Shown here: positions 58,765 through 64,000 of the stretch, piece after piece
Layout of the letters: each line of letters opens with the position of its first letter
Numbering within the stretch: position 1 is the first letter of the stretch
DNA from: a virus
DNA length: 64,000 nt
IMG/VR virus record: IMGVR_UViG_3300003322_001075
Coordinates: 6,552-70,551 of that record
Direction: 5' to 3' (one strand)
The notes under the pieces: generated by a model
The model's database searches: none
What the model was told of the DNA's origin: nothing
What the model saw: the letters and a program-made list of their open reading frames with translations, nothing else
Made by a program: the position numbers and the translations under genes

Positions 58765-58810
58765 GATACAAAGATAAAAGGTTTCCGGGAAAGAACCAAT
58801 AGGTGCAAGC

Positions 58811-58866
58811 CGCGACCCCGATAGTAGCAAGCTGCCATGCAGCGCGGATAGCGGGAAATGTCGCCC
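58811..58866 (-). repeat. Flavo-1-like repeat, copy 3 (divergent)
   Basis: GGGCG...GCTATCCGC-GCTGC/GCAGC-TTGCTACTATC. Confidence 0.5.
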
Positions 58867-59063
58867 TAAACATCTCTTGCACCCATTTTGCGAAGTTTTT
58901 CTTTAGCTTTCTGAATGCTTTTTCGTGAATTTTCTATTCTTTCCATAAGCTTTTCATTGAGTTCTTCTTCAGTTTTAATGAATTTCCGCAGATGTTTAGC
59001 TTCATCGTAATCAAATGGCTCTGACCGGGAATTTAGCCCATAATGGAGTGTATTTTTCATAGC

Positions 59064-59963
59064 TTACTGTTTAAATTCCGGCAGTGGCATCCAGCGTACA
59101 GCATATTCCGATTCGTCAACCAAACAATAGTCATCTATTTTACCACTGGAATCAACAGAAGATATGCCATAACTCCCCTTGTTACCCATAATCAGCACTT
59201 TTTCAAACATGATCGGTAGTTCATCTTGCACACGTATCCATTTCGGTTCCCTGTTGGATAGCATGAACAAATGAGCGGCTTCAAGTTCTTTTATCTGAAA
59301 TCCACCCAATCCGCTTTCACAATGCTTGTTCATTCGCTGAACATATTCCAAGGTCAGAGAGTCCCAATTTACAAATCCGGCTTCTTCCGCAATCTTATCG
59401 CATGCTTCTTCCCATGATAGGGCTTTGTCGAAAGCTGGCATACTTCCCCCAAGCGAAGTGAAGTACTCTTTCACCATAATTCCGTTAAAACCGAATGCTG
59501 TAACTTTATCTATTAATTGCTGCTGCTCCTCTTTTGATGTTTCCCTGAAATACTTGTCCAACAGGTCAAGTTGCTCTTCCTGGCTTAAAACCTTGATTTC
59601 CGGCTCCTGCGCTCTTGGTTGTTGTACGTAGAGTTCGGCTACTACCATTGATCCCTTGGATATTATATGCTGCTCCAGGTTCAAAGCATAAATTTTCCAG
59701 TCTGTAGGCTGTTTTTCTCCTCCACTTATTTCGTAATGTCCCGTAATAACCTCATCCCTAAGATCACGAAGGTGCTTCCTCTTTTGCTGCTGGTCCTCTG
59801 CTTCCTCCTGTAGGCTTAACGCCTTTGGTGGTGACTGCTGGGCCGATAAATGCATTTCAATTTTAGCTATAAGTTCCTTTTTCTCATAAGGCAGGATAGG
59901 ATGATGTTCCTGACTTAATAGTTCTGCTGCTTCCCGTAGAAGCGCTTCGCTTTGTTGTGTCAT
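59064..59963 (-). CDS. mosaic phage protein with C-terminal DUF551-like domain
   Basis: WI.V.D.LP....VL ... WMPLPE. Confidence 0.6.
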   Translation of the reverse strand: MTQQSEALLREAAELLSQEHHPILPYEKKELIAKIEMHLSAQQSPPKALSLQEEAEDQQQKRKHLRDLRDEVITGHYEISGGEKQPTDWKIYALNLEQHIISKGSMVVAELYVQQPRAQEPEIKVLSQEEQLDLLDKYFRETSKEEQQQLIDKVTAFGFNGIMVKEYFTSLGGSMPAFDKALSWEEACDKIAEEAGFVNWDSLTLEYVQRMNKHCESGLGGFQIKELEAAHLFMLSNREPKWIRVQDELPIMFEKVLIMGNKGSYGISSVDSSGKIDDYCLVDESEYAVRWMPLPEFKQ

Positions 59964-59978
59964 TGTTGAAATATGTTA

Positions 59979-60578
59979 TTAGTCAATTCCTGAGAAAAAC
60001 TCATCACCACTTGAAACTTCTGTTTGTTCGGGTTGTCCCGGAGTAGGCTCTTCGACAGGTATATCCTTACAGGCCATAATCATCTTTTTCATTTCGCCTT
60101 TACACATTTTATAACCCTTTTGATAGTATCTGAAGGCACGACTAACAGTTGAGGCCGGGAAAGTTATTTTATTGAACATTAGTTGTCTTTTTGCTAAGTC
60201 AATAAATGTAGTCTCTCCGTGGTAAACTTGTTCTGTATCGCAAGCAAATTGCGATACAGTAAAGTCAAACATATCAATTGTGGCTTGAGGGCTGTCAAAA
60301 TAATGCTTAACAATATCGAACTTGTGAGATTCAAAGGCGTATTTGGCACCATTGTCAGAACTCCATAACTCAGAGGCCCCTTTAGCCTTAAACCAAGTCA
60401 CACATTTCTCCATTTCCTTTTGATTTGGAAAGAATAGGTCAATATCGGATTTGATAGGCTGCCCAGCGAAATAATCGCGCAAACATCCTCCGGCAATCCA
60501 GCAGGTAATTCCAGCTTCTTTCAAGCGAGTTAAAATAAGCTTATTGTAGCGCTCAACGCAGTTTTCAAGTTGTATCAT
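59979..60578 (-). CDS. nucleotidyltransferase (CCA-adding/poly(A) polymerase head-like)
   Basis: WIAGG.LRD, DIDLFF, FDFT, RAF.Y..KGY. Confidence 0.8.
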   Translation of the reverse strand: MIQLENCVERYNKLILTRLKEAGITCWIAGGCLRDYFAGQPIKSDIDLFFPNQKEMEKCVTWFKAKGASELWSSDNGAKYAFESHKFDIVKHYFDSPQATIDMFDFTVSQFACDTEQVYHGETTFIDLAKRQLMFNKITFPASTVSRAFRYYQKGYKMCKGEMKKMIMACKDIPVEEPTPGQPEQTEVSSGDEFFSGID

Positions 60579-60652
60579 TGGTTAAACATTATTGGGTCGA
60601 ACTATCATTATTAAGCATGCCTGCCGTAGCAGGGCATCGGGTGTTGGTGTGG

Positions 60653-61200
60653 TCATGGCAATAATGATTGTATTTCTTTTTCAATTCGCTTTATAGTGTC
60701 GTTTGCCTTTTTAAGCCTTCCATTGAGCTGTATAAGCTTTCTCGCAGTCAGTTGCCATTCTTCATAGGTTTTGCCGTCCAAATTCTTAGTGAGCGCTTTC
60801 CTGATTTTGTCTCTATCATCTAATGCGAGATTGATAGCTTGCGTATGGGAGCCGTGTTTATCCCATCGGGAAAGCTTTCCAATCCTTTCATTTACTTCTT
60901 TCAGCTCCTTTGTGAAGTATTTCACAGATTCCCACTGTTTGTGAAAGTCTTTTTGTTCTTTATCGGTCATGACTCTACTTCAATAAATAATTCTACCATT
61001 GCAGGTATATAAATTCCGGCAATATTGTTTATAGCGTGCGGGCTGTATTCAATAAATTTAGGGCCACGGGTATAGTAATGGTCAGAATAATCAGGAACAT
61101 AAAACCCAAAATGAATTGTTCCGCCATAATGACCCGAAAGGCGAAATACTATTTTTTTACGCGGGGTTGGCATTGCGTCTTTTGTAAATATCGTTTCCAT
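60653..61200 (-). CDS. two hypothetical ORFs (60653-60970, 60967-61200)
   Basis: Coupled ORFs. Confidence 0.5.
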
Positions 61201-61283
61201 GAAGTTATTTTTATTATCCCCTCTGCCACTTTCAAACAGAGAGGGAATAATTTGTATAGTTTGTGAAAGTGATTAAATTAATG

Positions 61284-61706
61284 TCAATAGGTTATTTGCC
61301 CGTAATCTATCTTAACAATCCGGTCCTGATAATAACCGTAGTTATCTACTTTGTCATCACCCCCAAATCCCGCATCGATCCATTTATTGAAAAATCCTTT
61401 TTTGTATTCAAACCAATTATCACGCGCTTCGGGACTGTACATCATTTTATAAGGCAGCATTTCAATTTCTTTCTCAAGTCTAGCCGTGTCTGCTTTTTTC
61501 ATGATGAGAACCCAACCTCCCCAACTTGACCAAACTACCGGACAGAGTAATTCGCTTTTCGTATACTTCCATGTTTGGTTTTCGTGGATATTGGCTACTA
61601 GACCTTTAAGAAAGTGCTGCCAAGAATAAGTAAAGTTGGGTGTTTTAATAACCACGGAGTTTAATTCAATTACTATTCTGGTTATGCCAGTCCTGTTGAT
61701 TTTCAT
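61284..61706 (-). CDS. minimal protein-kinase-like protein
   Basis: G..R.V....VVIK.P, N..E, D.K.DNYG.....VKIDYG; ATG at 61706. Confidence 0.65.
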   Translation of the reverse strand: MKINRTGITRIVIELNSVVIKTPNFTYSWQHFLKGLVANIHENQTWKYTKSELLCPVVWSSWGGWVLIMKKADTARLEKEIEMLPYKMMYSPEARDNWFEYKKGFFNKWIDAGFGGDDKVDNYGYYQDRIVKIDYGQITY

Positions 61707-63827
61707 AGTTTTTGAATGATTACAATCATTTGGTCTTCTCGGAGCTTGAGGGATTCGGCTGCATGCCATTTATGTAGATCATCAATCCATGAAGAATTAC
61801 CGGTGTTTTTCTTAAAGGTTTCTCCATACGGATTAACCCAGTACTTTCCTTCGCGTTGAAGGAGAGAAATGAATGAGTCCGCTGGTTCCAATAAGGTAAA
61901 CTTGTTATCCGGACGTTGATTGACATAGTCTACCCAGCATCCCATGCCGTTATTCTCAACCAATGGCGTAGAGTCAAATCCTTCGCTAAGTACATGTTTC
62001 CCGTTTTCATAATGGACGGTGCCCAGGAGTTTATAATTACCATTAGGAATATCTTGGTATCCATTAGGAACAACTCCTTCTGTTTGGTAATTCAGCTCAT
62101 ATCCTTCCTTGAATTTATTGCCGATAGGAGAATATACAATGTTAAACTTGGTTGCATCTCTCGGCACAACAGGCAGGAGAAGTTCTATTCCGGTGTCGGT
62201 GGTGATGGTTTTCATGCGATTCTTTATTTCTTGAAGATTTGTTCTTGTTTGCAAATAGGACAACGCTCGCCATGTTGCCCAAACCACTTATGCTGTGCAC
62301 ATCCTGCAGCCGGATCGTTTGACGCTTTGAAATATGAAGCGGTCTCGTCTAATGCGCTTTGAGCATAGACTTTCGTTATCGGCTCTTTAGTTTCAAGCAA
62401 AATGGTTTCCAAGGCCGATTTCATCACTTTAATTACTCTATCTGCGTCTTTCATTCTCCCTCCTTTCTGATCACAATTACGCCCGCTTTAACCCATTCAT
62501 CAACGGGTATTCCCATATAGGGGAGGGCGATGGAGATGCTGCGCAGGTAGTCAAATAGGTTTAAAAAATCCTCTGTATCTATAGGACGCATGTTTCCATC
62601 GATATCAAAACTTTTGACCCATTCATTGAGACATATCATTTCAATAAGATGGTTGAGTTTTCCTTGATACGGGAAAAATGATTGAATAAATATTTTCTCT
62701 TCATCCGTCAGGCTGTAGAGCGAACGGAGCGATAAATGACCGTCTTTCCCGGTTTTATCGTCATTTAAAGAAATGCAATAATTATAATTGCGCTCTTGCC
62801 ATACCTCTTGTCCCCAGTAGAGCATCATATACCGCGCTTTCAGTTCTAGTGTTATTTCTGTTTTCATGATGTACGTTGCTTTTTATTGGATTCGAATAAG
62901 ACCTTATACCAGTCCTCCACCTTTTTATCAAAATAGAAAGCAGATGACGCAACTCTTCCCTTATATTCATAGCGTTCCGCTATTAAGTAAATATCGCCCC
63001 GTCCTATTGTTTTGTAGTGTCTCACGATGCCTCCCCTTTCATTTTGACGATTAATTCTTTACACAATCGAGCAATATTAGCTTGAGTGTTTATATCAATA
63101 CCTTTATTACTGAATGTGTTAGTAGCTGAAAATATGTCTTCCAGCGCAGCTAATAGCTCATCGCGCTGCTGGGTGAGTTCTGTAATAAGCTCTGTTGTTC
63201 TTAATCCTTTGGCGGCTTTAAATATGGCAGTCAAAACCTGTAAATTTTCAATACCAGCACACGCATTTACGCAATCAATGATGCGCTGAGCGTTTGCTTC
63301 AGCATTTGGATCTTGGTCTTTATCCAAAATGTTGTGGCAAGTATATCCAGGCTCTGTCTGAATCTCGAAAAGTCCCGAATATTCCTCAAAGTACCACGGC
63401 TCTGGGGTGTGAGTTGGTTTTGTTTCTTCTGTTTTCATTGCTCTTTTGGTTTATTGATTATTTTAATGACTTAAAAATCATTTGCCAAATCCCATACGCA
63501 GCAATAGCCACGTTAAGGGATAGGAGGGTGAAGTAGATTGCGGTCATGGGGTCAATAGTTGATTTTAAGTGGTATTACTTTGTTGTCGGAAGTGGTTTTG
63601 ATCTCGAAGTGATAGCATATACATACCTCTCTAGTACAACCATATGGTAGCTGTATAAATTCACATGTTGCATTTTTATAGCCATCATGTTGAACTTCTT
63701 CCATTTCTACTACCATTGATTTGATTACAGGGCGCAGGCATTGGATAAACTGATCCATATCGGGATGTTGTTCATTGACCCCATGGTATTTACCAAACTT
63801 CCTGCCTGCCTCAAAAGCCTTGCGCAC
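61703..63827 (-). CDS. cluster of small early-type phage ORFs (61703-62215, 62224-62454, 62451-62867, 62782-62970, 63022-63438, 63552-63827 and beyond)
   Basis: Coupled co-oriented ORFs; 63022-63438 has the common HTP.PW...ANA.RI..CVNA motif. Confidence 0.5.
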
Positions 63828-64000
63828 CTGTTCCTCAGTAAACTCCTTTGCTTGGGCGGCTTTGTAGCCCTCAATAAAACCTTCCTTGAAGGCTAATTGC
63901 TTACCGTTTAAATGTGTGTCTTTCCCTGCATAATAAGAATAACCGTTAGCTTTATTTGCTAATTGTTCAACATCATCTTTTAGTTCTGGGTTGGTGGAGA

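Noticed and set aside
1-64000. Genome-wide TAG recoding as in some crAss-like phages
   Set aside because: Very long ORFs are intact in the standard code and several genes end sensibly at TAG

Overview
The window is most of the genome of a Bacteroidota (Bacteroidetes)-infecting tailed phage or prophage. Host assignment rests on TAnnTTTG promoters and A-rich, SD-less gene starts. Bases ~2-35 kb hold a podovirus-type, crAss-like morphogenesis set: stabilisation/muzzle protein, portal, terminase, tail fibre, a 2570-aa putative ejection protein with ART-like and kinase-like domains, capsid, scaffold and three tail-ring proteins. Unusually, these genes are split across both strands. Bases ~35-42 kb form an accessory island with an outer-membrane beta-barrel, a RelE/HTH/SecB toxin-antitoxin-chaperone operon and an IS1595-family transposase. 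Bases ~42-64 kb carry small nucleases, a lysis cassette, lambda-like replication genes (initiator with internal iterons plus helicase), recombination genes and many small early genes. The most striking unexplained feature is a 1.4-kb ORF-free array (49548-50990) of about nine sequence-unrelated structured RNAs. Most are preceded by AAAATAT and closed by an acceptor-like terminal stem, like a tRNA operon with no real tRNAs. Other candidates are a second ncRNA cluster upstream of an HNH gene, a probable -1 frameshift at the start of the giant protein, and a c4/CI-like RNA upstream of the initiator. All protein calls are from motif recognition by eye and all RNA pairings were checked by hand; no database search or folding program was run.
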